Assembly: GCF_006345805.1 (NCBI RefSeq)
Contig: NC_043004.1
Coordinates: 40,300,001 to 40,364,000 of the forward strand
From: Octopus sinensis
Lineage: Eukaryota
Direction: 5' to 3'
Length of the DNA: 64,000 nucleotides
Positions 1 to 10,872 of this stretch are shown in pieces (positions within the stretch are counted from its first letter, which is position 1; each line of letters opens with the position of its first letter). Below the pieces are notes generated by a model. It saw only the letters and a list, made by a program, of their open reading frames with translations. It had not been told where the DNA came from and ran no database searches. A program made the translations under genes and the position numbers.

Positions 1-275
1 TTGGTAGACAGAATCTCAAAAAGCCCACCATATACATATGTGTGTGTGTGCCTTTGTGTTTATGTTTGTCCCCCCCCCCCACGATCACATGACAACCGAT
101 GTTGGTGTCTTTACGTCCCTGTAACTTAGTGGTTCAGCAAGAGAGACCTATAGAATAAGTACTAGACTTACAAAGAATAAGTCCTGAAGTCGATTTCTTC
201 GATTAAATACCCTTTAAGGCAGTGCTCCAGCATGGCTGCAATCAAATAACAGAAACAAGTAACAGAATAACAGAA
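1..275 (+). mobile_element. SINE family A (tRNA head, CORE-like box, internal microsatellite), 3' part
   Basis: Matches the 3' half of the element seen intact at 13771-14115 and 57614-58010 (gacaaccgatg..gtaacttag..gataagtactag..ccagcatggc..gactgaaacaagtaa). Confidence 0.85.
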
Positions 276-321
276 CATCATACAAGGTTGCTACAGTTAA
301 ATTGAAAGGAGAGTTATACCT

Positions 322-680
322 TCTTCTACGAGCAACCGCATTCGGATGCATCTCTTAGTAACTGGCGCTCTGTCGGTTACGACAAAGGTCCCAGTTGACC
401 CTATCAGCTGAACAGCTTGCTTGTCAAATCAACATGTAAGTGGCTGAGCACTCCACAGACACATGTACACTTAACATAGTTCTCAGGGAGATTCAGCGTG
501 ACACAGAATGTGATAAGGCTGATCCCTTGAAATACAGGGTTTACTCATTTATGCCAGCTGAGTGAACTGGAGCAATGTGGAATAAAGTGTCTTGCTCAAG
601 GACAGAATACATCGCTGGGAATCGAACTCACGACCTTACGATCATAAGCCAAATATCCTAACCACTAAGCCACATACCTT
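322..680 (-). mobile_element. tRNA-derived SINE (CORE-like box, family D tail)
   Basis: On the minus strand: A/B-box-like head, ccttgagcaagacacttta box, and a tail shared with the copy at 9248-9626. Confidence 0.75.
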
Positions 681-1140
681 CACAATGCTGTGTCAAAAAA
701 TCTCTGTCCCTCTAGTTTTTGTAGGTCCTCAATTTCATGTTGTGCATCTCTGCCAATAAGACCAATGTAGTTAAGTGGTTGTCATCTTCTATTAAGGCAG
801 CAGTTCTCAATTAGGGTCCTTATGATGTTTGAGGGTCCACAAAAAATTTTGCTGTTAAAATTTATGTACAACAAATTAGATATACTTCTGCATTACACAA
901 AATATTTCACCAATACGTCCAGTACATGTAATTTCCTCCTTGATACCACTTCCAAAGAAAGTATTATTAAATTCATATTTAGAAAACTCTCTGAATAGAT
1001 TTTGACAGTCTAAGATATTTTAACTTGGTTATAAATGTCCTAAGGATGGTTAGACAATTTGTGGATATAGTTTAAAGTTTTCTTGAGTAGTACAAAAATT
1101 ACTAATATTCAAAGTTACAGTTATACTGATTTTAACATTA

Positions 1141-1203
1141 TCAGCCTTCTGCTAACCAAAGCCTGTGAGTGGATTTGGTAGACGGAAACTGAAAGAAGCC
1201 TGT

Positions 1204-1249
<46 letters not shown>

Positions 1250-1265
1250 CATACATGTATATATA

Positions 1266-1298
<33 letters not shown>

Positions 1299-1510
1299 TT
1301 GTGTGTGTCTGTGCTTGTCTTCTCTCCATCACATGGCAACTGATGTCGGTGTGTTTACGTCCCCGTAACTTAGTGGTTTGGCAAAATAGACCGACAGAAT
1401 AAGTACTAGGCTTACAAAGAATAAATCCTGGGGTCAATTTGTTCAACTAAAGGTGGTGCTCCAGCATGGCCACAGTCAAATGACTAAAACTGATAAAAGA
1501 ATAAAAGAAT
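1141..1510 (+). mobile_element. SINE family A
   Basis: gccttgtgagtggatttggtagacggaaactgaaagaagcc, internal (TA/TATG)n, conserved 3' tail. Confidence 0.85.
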
Positions 1511-1559
1511 ATATTTTCCATTTCATTATCTGTAATACATGTGATTGATGAGGCAAAAT

Positions 1560-1800
1560 TAAGGATGCTGATATGCTGATGAATAGTGTTTTAGGGATCC
1601 AGGGATAGCAGTCTTTTGTACCAAATTGAAAGAATTTATTGTCAATTTTATTTTGAATAGATGTAAACCATTCTATTACAGTAATGATTAAATAAATGGT
1701 GATTAAGAAAAAGCTGTGATTAAAAATAATTGGTGAATAAAAATTAATGGTTATTATTATTTCAATCACCATTTATCCAAAAATTATCTGGCTGAAACTA
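1560..1800 (-). pseudogene. Degenerate Penelope-like element reverse transcriptase fragment
   Basis: Minus frame VIEWFTSIQNKIDNKFFQFGTKDCYPWIPKTLF resembles the PLE RT stretch VIEWFxxIxxKxxxxFxQFDIxxFYPSI; an IILDK motif lies upstream in another frame. Confidence 0.55.
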
Positions 1801-2104
1801 CCTCATATCTCTCACAAATAATAAAATCTATTGTTTGTTTTTTTTTCATATTCCCCAAATATGCCCTACTTAATTTCTGCCTTGTGAATTAACTTCCAAA
1901 AATAGTGGATAACCATTTACTAGAAATAATTAACTCCTTCTATTTCTTCCCTCATTACTTAACTTTCCATTTCCTTCTATAATTATAGCTCATAATCTAT
2001 CTATCTATCTATCTATCTATCTACCTATCTCTCTGTTTATCTGTCTCTCTATACCACTATACGCCCTCTCTATGTATGTATGTATGTGTATGTAATGTGT
2101 ATAT

Positions 2105-2136
<32 letters not shown>

Positions 2137-2149
2137 GTATGTATGTATG

Positions 2150-2180
<31 letters not shown>

Positions 2181-2181
2181 A

Positions 2182-3571
2182 TCACAATCAAGGAACGGCC
2201 ATAATAGGCCATTCACCCACTAGAAATAACAGCCAAAGCTTCAACCGCAAATAAAAATCAATTCCGTAAACCAGGAGAAAATTAAAAAACATTTACCCTG
2301 TAATTTCTTATACGATGCACCGTTTCATCTACTGTTTAATGGTAAACTAACCTGATTAAATTAAATCAAGCCAATCTTCCATAGGCTCTTAGAATCATCA
2401 GTAAGAAATAGCCAAGTCGGAACAGATATTTTCACGAGGCATTTCCGACCCTGCCTCGGCAATATCTGACCTAAAATTTTCAAATCATCGCACTCGCGCC
2501 AAATTTATCGGCAGCAAATAAATATAAGCCGCCGATTCCATTACGGAATTAACCAGAAAATTCATAATTAATCAATATAGGGTGGCAAAAATTTTTGTAG
2601 AATTTTTTTGCCACCAGCGGCCTAGTGGGAAAAAATTAAATAGTCATAGACCATTTTTAAGTTCAACATCACAATCAAGGAACGGCCATAATAGGCCATT
2701 CACCCACTAGAAATAACAGCCAAAGCTTCAACCGCAAATAAACATCAATTCCGTAAACCAGGAGAAAATTAAAAAACATTTACCCTGTAATTTCTTATAC
2801 AATGCACCGTTTCATCTACTGTTTAATGGTAAACTAACCTGATTAAATTAAATCAAGCCAATCTTCCATAGGCCCTTAGAATCATCAGTAAGAAATAGCC
2901 AAGTCGGAACAGATATTTTCACGAGGCATTTCCGACCCTGCCTCGGCAATATCTGACCTAAAATTTTCAAATCATCGCACTCGCGCCAAATTTATCGGCA
3001 GCAAATAAATATAAGCCGCCGATTCCACTAGGCCGCTGGTGGCAAAAAAATTCTACAAAATTTTTTGCCACCCTATATTGATTAATTATGAATTTTCTGG
3101 TTAATTCCGTAATGGAATCGGCGGCTTATATTTATTTGCTGCCGATAATTTGGCGCGAGTGCGATGATTTGAAAATTTTAGGTCAGATATTGCCGAGGCA
3201 GGGTCGGAAATGCCTCGTGAAAATATCTGTTCCGACTTGGCTATTTCTTACTGATGATTCTAAGGGCCTATGGAAGATTGGCTTGATTTAATTTAATCAG
3301 GTTAGTTTACCATTAAACAGTAGATGAAACGGTGCATCGTATAAGAAATTACAGGGTAAATGTTTTTTAATTTTCTCCTGGTTTACGGAATTGATGTTTA
3401 TTTGCGGTTGAAGCTTTGGCTGTTATTTCTAGTGGGTGAATGGCCTATTATGGCCGTTCCTTGATTGTGATGTTGAACTTAAAAATGGTCTATGACTATT
3501 TAATTTTTTCCCACTAGGCCGCTGGTGGCAAAAAAATTCTACAAAATTTTTTGCCACCCTATATTGATTAA
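2182..3571. repeat. 487-bp unit as tandem copy, partial copy and inverted copy
   Basis: Unit 2182-2668; repeat from 2669 to about 3027; reverse complement 3028-3571. Only 3 variable positions noticed. Confidence 0.95.
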
Positions 3572-3619
3572 TATATGTATGTATATGTATAAATATATAT
3601 CTATTTACACACACACACA

Positions 3620-3775
3620 CATGTATGTATGTGTGTGTGTATGTGTGTGCATGATTAATTTCAGATTTTTAATTAATGCATTTGTGACCTCCACCCAAGA
3701 GTGAATCAAAGACTACATTTGTTACATTCAGTTAAGAAAAAAATAATAACTCGTTACTCTCCTGTAATAGCTAAC
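3620..3775 (+). repeat. About 155-bp dispersed duplicate of 12700-12858
   Basis: atgattaatttcaga..gtgacctccacccaagagtgaatcaaagactacatttg..ctcctgtaatagctaa is near-identical at both sites. Confidence 0.9.
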
Positions 3776-3814
3776 GAGTTCAGTTCCTTTTTCCTTTTTT
3801 TTTTAAAGTGAGTG

Positions 3815-4020
3815 GCTTTCTTTGTTTTCACTTCCCAGCCACATGGTTTTGGGTTCAGTTCCACCATGTTGCACACTTGGCAAGTGTCTTCTACTATAGA
3901 TCTGGGATGACCAAAACCTTGTGAGTGGTTTTGATGGCTGGAAACTGAAAGAAGCCCACTGAATATGAGTGTGTGTCTGTGTGTATATAAGTATGCATGT
4001 ATATATTATATGTATATGTG
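3815..4020 (+). mobile_element. SINE family A, 5' half
   Basis: cacatggttttgggttcagttcc..ggcaagtgtcttctactatag..gaaactgaaagaagccc. Confidence 0.75.
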
Positions 4021-4024
4021 TGCG

Positions 4025-4059
<35 letters not shown>

Positions 4060-4264
4060 ATGTATATATATATATATATATATAAAGAGAGAGAGAGGTT
4101 ATGAGAGGTAATGGTGTCAATAAGACCCAAAGGTGTCAGGTAATGCTTAGTAAGTGCTATGATAGACCATATTTAAGCTCCAGGTTCTGTGATTATGTGA
4201 ATAATGAGTCCAACATAGGTCATATATCAGCATGTGTATATATAAAAAAAATTTTGTCACACTA

Positions 4265-4310
4265 TCTCTGATGAAGGGATATAATAAATATCCTGGAAAC
4301 AGCTGTAAGA
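4265..4310 (+). ncRNA. Minimal type-I hammerhead ribozyme-like motif
   Basis: UCU-CUGAUGA-A-GGGAUAU[AAUAA]AUAUCCU-G-GAAA-CAGCUGU-A-AGA: palindromic stem III ACAGCUGU, GUA triplet, 3-bp stem I. Confidence 0.4.
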
Positions 4311-4386
4311 CCTTCTATTTATAGATGTTCTAAAATCTTCACAGCCTTGGTTTTTTTATCTCATTCTGAAAAAAATTATACATATA

Positions 4387-4758
4387 CTAGCACTATGACC
4401 CGGCAACACCGGGTCATAGTGCTTAGTGCATGCATATACAGCTGCATGCGTTCATACATAAATACGAATATTGTCCAAATCTCCAACCAATCACATACAG
4501 CTAGCTGGCATTCAATTGGCATATCAAGTTTCGGGCATTTTGATTGGGTTTTGGATAGAAAATTCACAAAAAAGTGTCACTTCTATAGATTTTTTAATAG
4601 CTTTGCGGGGTGACTAGGGAAATGTAAAGATGTGCATGACCACCCTTGGACGGTTTTAAATGACCATAAAAAGTGCGAGCCCTCTAACTGAAAAATTGTG
4701 GATTTGTATAAAGGATACACACACAGACATTTTGCCATTTACATATATATATATATAT
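4387..4758 (-). mobile_element. Non-autonomous Helitron-like element
   Basis: Minus-strand 3' end has hairpin cactatgacccgg/ccgggtcatagtg followed by CTAG-T; 5' end has TA-rich start and tgtctgtgtgtgt. Confidence 0.7.
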
Positions 4759-5104
4759 CCAAATGGAGAGAAATGGAGCAGGTAAAATTCAGGCTACATA
4801 TGTTTCCTAAAGAGTAGATTCTCTGATGTAATAATTACTCAATGAGGGGTACTCTGCTAGCTATTCATCAGACTGAAGATACCATGGGTAAATGAAGGTT
4901 ATGCTGTCTTCAAGGGATCCCGAGTTAACTTGCAGGAGATGTTATCAAGAATGAATGGAAAGCATGGAGGGAGAGAATAAAAAAGAAAAACATGTATGCA
5001 GAAATAGGATATGGGAGTGAGCAAATGTCTGATGTTGTTAAGAAAGAGAATAAGAATAAAGAAAAGGAAAGGGGGAAGAGTGGGAGCTGTTCGGTTAGAT
5101 TGAA

Positions 5105-5505
5105 GCACACACACACACACACACACATGCACACACACACACATGCACACACACACACACACATGCACACACACACACACACACACACACTCACTAAAAC
5201 ATGCACACACACACATGTGCATGCAAACACACACTCACAATCGCATATGCATATTGCATACACACATACACACACATGTGCACACACATATACACAACAC
5301 ACGTGCACACAGACACACACAAACAAACATGTATATTGCACACACACACACACACACATGTGCATGCAATCACACACTCACAATCGCATATGCATATTGC
5401 ATACACACATACACACACATGTGCACACACATATACACAACACACGTGCACACAGACACACACAAACAAACATGTATATTGCACACACACACACACTCCC
5501 ACACA
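5105..5505. repeat. (CA)n-derived compound microsatellite with about 147-bp internal duplication
   Basis: The block atgtgcatgcaa..cacaatcgcatatgc..caaacatgtatattgc occurs twice. Confidence 0.9.
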
Positions 5506-5924
5506 TGCAGGAGAGAGTGAAGGGGCAAGAGGAAAAGCGAAAAAGAGAGAAAATGCCTTTTGTTTAAATACTTCAAATTTAATATATTCATGTTTTAATA
5601 CATTCATATTTTTCCGTTTTCTCAAAAATCCCAAGAGCTTCTCGGGATGTCAGCATCTCTTGGCAAGTTTAAAATTAAATTTCTGAAGACAAACTTTGCA
5701 TTGATATCTCAAATTCTATCCGAACTTATCTTAAAGATGCCATATGCATAAATTTCACCAAAAATGCCAATTCAAAGCATGTACTAGTTCTTTGATTTCA
5801 AATGCTTTCTCTACCTCTTGTCAGATAATTTAATTTTAAATGTCAAATTTCTTAACCAGTAACAGAAAAGTTTGTGTTATACTGTTTTAATTCGATTCTG
5901 TCCAGCAGTTCTTTACTCTTTTTC

Positions 5925-6335
5925 TCTGAAGAGAACATGTGGAAGATGTTGAATCAGGAAGACATGGGGTGAGGTGGTGAAATACGATCTCTGGATGTTG
6001 AACATCATGGAGGTGATGACCAATTCTGTTGGCAATTTGCTGTGCTTGAAAATATGCGTCAAACCTAGTGGAGTCATAGTTGTAGTGAGTGCTGGTCACA
6101 TGTTAAAGGCACCTGTGCCAGTGACACTTGTATCAATGACACATTAAAGGCACCTGGTACACTCTGTAGAATGGTTGGCATTAAGAAGGGTATCCAGCCA
6201 TAGAAACAAAGCCAAAACAGACTGCAGTTTGGTGCAGGTCTCTGGCTTATCTAGTTCCAGTTAAACTGTCTAACCCATGCCAGCATGGAAAACTGAAGCT
6301 AAATGATGATGATGATGATGATGATGATGATAATT

Positions 6336-6378
<43 letters not shown>

Positions 6379-6385
6379 CGATAAC
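5925..6385 (+). mobile_element. Decayed RTE LINE 3' end with (GAT)n tail
   Basis: Encodes a degenerate RKTWGEVVKYDLWMLN, like the RTE C-terminus at 9800; ends cccatgccagcatggaaa..(gat)n. Confidence 0.75.
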
Positions 6386-6779
6386 GATGATGCACAAAAG
6401 GGCGTCAGAGGAATTGAGATGTATGGGCAACTGTTGGTCTTCCATAAACAACCTTGCCCAGACTTGTGCCTCGGAGGGTAACTTTCTAGGTGCAATCCCA
6501 TTGTCATTCATGACCAAAGGGGTCAACCCCTCACCGGTGAGAGGAGATAAGAGAGCTAATTCAGGAAGAGGTAGAGGGTTTTTAATGAGGGTATTAAGGG
6601 AGGTGGTAGTAGAGGTGGAGAGCTGGGAGATGAATCTGTACATTTGTACTTAAATATTCATCTTATGAAAGTCTCTGTCTTATGTTGTCTCTTGTTTTTC
6701 ATGTATACATAGATACATATTTTGTGTTTCGTGGCCAAACTATATTATATTTAATATATCTAATTTGTTTATCCACATA

Positions 6780-6975
6780 ATTGCCTCTCTCTCCCCCTCT
6801 CTCTCGTTCTTGTTCTCCCTCCCTCCCCCTCCCTTTCCTCTCTCTCGCTCTCCCCCTCCCTCCCCTCTCTCTCCATCTATATCTCTCCCTCTCGCTCTAC
6901 CCTCCCTCCCCTCTCCCCCTCCCTCCCCTCTCTCTCCCTCTATATCTCTCCCTCTCGCTCTCCCCTCCCTCTCCT
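6780..6975. repeat. CT-rich polypyrimidine tract with internal duplication
   Basis: Direct reading. Confidence 0.9.
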
Positions 6976-7449
6976 GTGCTTTTTCCCTAGAAGAAGGCCT
7001 TCCTCTCCTATGTCTTGTTGATTACGATTTGCCAGTGAAGCTTCTACAACTCTGCTTTTTTTTCCTAGTAAGTTGTGTTGGCCCAACAAAAACACATTTT
7101 TGCATCTGGGAAGAGGTGGTTCATATTAGTCTGGCCCCTCTCCTTAGACCTGTCCAACATGGGAAGCCTTACTAGGAGTTTATGCTCTACTGGTATTGCT
7201 CTCAAGATTCCTGAGGAACACAAGCTACTAGACCACAACTAGAATTGGACCTTGTGATGGACACAGGTGGTTCTAAATTATAAATAGTTGAGAGGGTTAT
7301 GGCTGGAATGTCATAGATCATAAGTCTGCTGTGCCAGGATATAGACTTATGTAGCAAAAACAACAACTAAAGTGTTGGACCTCACCATTTCCTTATAATA
7401 AAATAATATATCCCATTTTGGGAACATATTATATTTACTATTTGCTGGC

Positions 7450-7990
7450 ACTTCGTTGGTTATAATGGCAAGGGTTCCTTTTGATCTGATCAGTGGAACA
7501 ACCTGCATGTGAAAGTAACATACAAGTGACTGAGTACTCCACAGATATGCATACCCTTAACCCTTTCGTTACCAACCTGCCTGAAACCGACTCTGGCTCT
7601 GTAGTACAAATATCTTGTTTACGAAAGTTTTGAATTAGAAATCTTCCACCAAACCTTAGTCACAATTTATGTTCCTAACACCAGCTCAATGATAACTAAG
7701 TTGTTTTACTAAATTCTTTGTTATATTTAGAATTAATTGAAAGAAACACAGAGCATCTCAAAAGAAATATGGTAATGAAAGGGTTAACATAGCATTCAGA
7801 GTGATACAGCATGATACCATATGTGGCAAGGCTGACCCTTCGAAATACAAGTACTTCTCAGTTTTGTCAGCTGAGTGGACTGGAACAGCATGAAAAAAAG
7901 TGTCTTGCTCAAGAGGACTCAATGTGCCACCAGGAATTGAACTCATAACCTTACGATCATGAGCTGAATACCCTAACCACTACGCCACTT
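7450..7990 (-). mobile_element. tRNA-derived SINE (family D tail) interrupted by a piggyBac MITE
   Basis: Same structure as 322-680; split at its cccTTAA site. Confidence 0.75.
7561..7783. mobile_element. piggyBac-type MITE
   Basis: TTAA at 7557-60 and 7784-87; TIRs CCCTTTCGTTACC / GGTAATGAAAGGG. Confidence 0.85.
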
Positions 7991-8959
7991 GCCTTCATTA
8001 ACTAATTGCATGATGATGATGGCATTGCAGACCATCACTGGTTTCTAAGATTGAAAAGTTTCACTTCAACAACATTACAGATTACATCTGAAGCTGTAAT
8101 TAGAGAAATAAGAACAATTAATTAATCAACCTCTCATCTAATCTCTGTCACAGCGAGAGAAAGAGAGAGATAATTGGCAGAAGTGAGAAGATGGATGTGA
8201 ATGTCTTGTGATTGAGTCAATTAAATGCCAGACTATGAGCTAAGAGGTCAGTGGGTCGTGCGCTGATACTAAAACCACCACAAACATAACCACCACCACC
8301 ACTACCACCACCACCACCTCCGCCATCACTTATATCAAGTGCAGTAGCCGCAGCAGCATCAGCACCACCACCACCACCACCACCACTACTACCATTTGTT
8401 GCATTCCGTCCATAGTCAAGGCACTTAGCACTTAGAGACAGACTGTATGACTAATGTTATGTAGCTCAATCATGTGTTGCTCACAGAGAAGGAGAGAGTA
8501 TGAAAGAGAGAGAGAGAGAGAGACAGAGAGAGACAGACTTTTTAGACTACATTATCCAATGAGTCTCCTTATCTTTGTATCAAGACAGCAAGATGAGGTT
8601 TCAGGGAGATTTAGCTACTTTTTATAGCTGGATGTACAACCATATGGAGGTCCCTTTTATTTCAAGACACGGAGGTACTTGTTAACACCATCTTCTAAAG
8701 AAAAGCTGCCTAAAGGGCAATACCATCTTCAGATATGAAGATGGCAATACCATCATCAGATACTAGTCATTTAGACAGGAGTTCCATGTGTCTAGAGGCA
8801 CCATGTTAATCTATGTATTCTTTTATTCGTTTACTTGTTTCAGTCATTTGACTGCAGCCATGCTGGAGCACCATGTTAAAGGGTTTTAGTTGAAGAAATC
8901 AACTCCAGGACTCCATTCTCTGTATTCTATATATTCCATGCATTCCTTTATTCTATGTA

Positions 8960-9198
8960 TTCTTTTATTCTTTTATTCTTTTATTCTCTCACTTATTTCA
9001 GTCATTTGACTGTGGCTATGCTGAAGCACCGCTTTAAAGTGTTTTAGTTGAAGAAATCGACCCCAGGATTTATTCTTTGCAAACCTAGTACTTATTCTGT
9101 TGGTTCCTTTTGCTGAACAAGTTACGGGTATGTAAACACACCAGTATCAGTTGTCAAGCAATGACAGGGGGGACAAACACAGTTACACTCACATAAAT

Positions 9199-9200
<2 letters not shown>
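8960..9200 (-). mobile_element. SINE family A, 3' part
   Basis: Reverse complement of the family A tail. Confidence 0.8.
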
Positions 9201-9241
<41 letters not shown>

Positions 9242-9247
9242 TATATG

Positions 9248-9626
9248 TGGAGGTGCAATGGCCCAGTGGTTAGGACAGCAGACTCAAAGTTGTAGGATCG
9301 CAGTTTCGATTCCCAGGCGGGGTGTTGTGAGTGTCTATCGAGCGTAAACACCTAAAGCTCCAAGAGGCTCTGGCAGTGGGTGGTGGCGAACCCTGGTGTA
9401 CTCTTTCATCACAACTTCCTCTCACTCTTTCTTCTTGTTTCTGTTGTACCTGTATTTCAAAGGGCCAGCCTTGTCACACTCTGTGTCACACTGAATCTCC
9501 CCGAGAACTACATTAAGGGTACACATGTCTGTAGAGTACTCAGCCCCTTGCATGTTAATTTCAAGAGCAGGCTGTCCCATTGATCGGATTAACTGGAACC
9601 TTCGTTGCTGAAACCAACAGAGTGCC
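9248..9626 (+). mobile_element. Full-length tRNA-derived SINE (family D)
   Basis: Head ggaggtgcaatggcccagtggttag..gtttcgattccc (A and B boxes); tail ..cttcgttgctgaaaccaacagagtgcc. Confidence 0.85.
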
Positions 9627-9676
9627 ATGATATATATATATATACATATATGAGTACATATATATATATGTATATA

Positions 9677-9745
<69 letters not shown>

Positions 9746-9798
9746 TATATATATATATATGTATGTATATATATACATATATATATATACATATATAT

Positions 9799-10760
9799 GG
9801 AAGAGGAAGACCCGTGGAAGAGGTAGACCCAGGAAAACCTGGGACGAGGTGGTGAAACACGACCTTCGAACTTTAGGCCTCACTGAGGAAATGACCAGAG
9901 ACCGAGACCTTGGAAATATTCTGTACATGAGAAGACCAGGCAGGACAAGTGAGCCCAGCCCACTATGAATGCCTTTCCTCCCTTGGACACAAAGACCGGT
10001 TGAGGCAAGCGAAGTCGATATAGAACCTCATCCGACGACAGACACCCATCCCAACTCCCCATGCCTGCGAAGACATGTTGGGGCAAGCGAAATCGAAACC
10101 GAATTGAACCAGCCAGGATCCCTGGCCTGGTGGTACGTAAAAAGCACTATCCGACTCGGGGCCGTGGCACGTAAAATACTCCAATGCGACCGTACGACAG
10201 GCACCCAAGCCAACCCCCTTTGCTTGTGAAGACATGTTGGGGCAAGCGAAATCGAAATCGAATTGAACCAGCCAGGATCCCTGGTCTGGTGGTACGTAAA
10301 GCACTATCCGACTCGTGGCCGTGGCACGTAGAATACTCCAATGCGACCGTACGACAGGCACCCTTGCCAACCCCCTTTGCTTGTGAAGACATGTTGGGGC
10401 AAGCGAAATCGAAATCGAATTGAACCAGCCAGGATCCCTGGTCTGGTGGTACGTAAAAAGCACTATCCGACTCGTGGCCGATGCCAGCACCGCCTCGACT
10501 GGCTTCCGTGCCGGTGGCACATAAAATACACCAATCTGACCGTGGCCGTTGCCAGCCCCGCCTGGCACCTGTGCAGGTGGCACGTAAAAAGCACCCACTA
10601 CACTCACGGAGTGGTTGGCGTTAGGAAGGGCATCCAGCTGTAGAAACATTGCCAAATTAGACTGGAGCCTGGTGCAGCCTTCTGGCTTCCCAGAACCCCG
10701 GTCGAACCGTCCAACCCATGCTAGCATGGAGAACGGACGTTAAACGACGATGATGATGAT
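9799..10760 (+). mobile_element. 5'-truncated RTE LINE: RT C-terminus plus 3' UTR with triplicated 158-bp unit and (GAT)n tail
   Basis: Frame [35 protein letters not shown]; unit starts at 10070, 10229 and 10386. Confidence 0.9.
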
Positions 10761-10833
10761 ATATATATATATGTACATATATATATGTATATATATATAT
10801 ATCATCATCATCATCGTATATATATATATATAC

Positions 10834-10872
<39 letters not shown>

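Noticed and set aside
3250-3280. CUGAUGA in the 487-bp unit as a hammerhead or C/D snoRNA box
   Set aside because: No GAAA or stems; the C box is poor and there is no convincing guide.
9248-9320. tRNA-like sequences (also 36710, 44050, 53680, 53850)
   Set aside because: They continue into SINE bodies and lack a complete cloverleaf.
9963-10727. 254-aa minus ORF and overlapping repeated ORFs
   Set aside because: They are by-products of the GC-richer, triplicated RTE 3' UTR.
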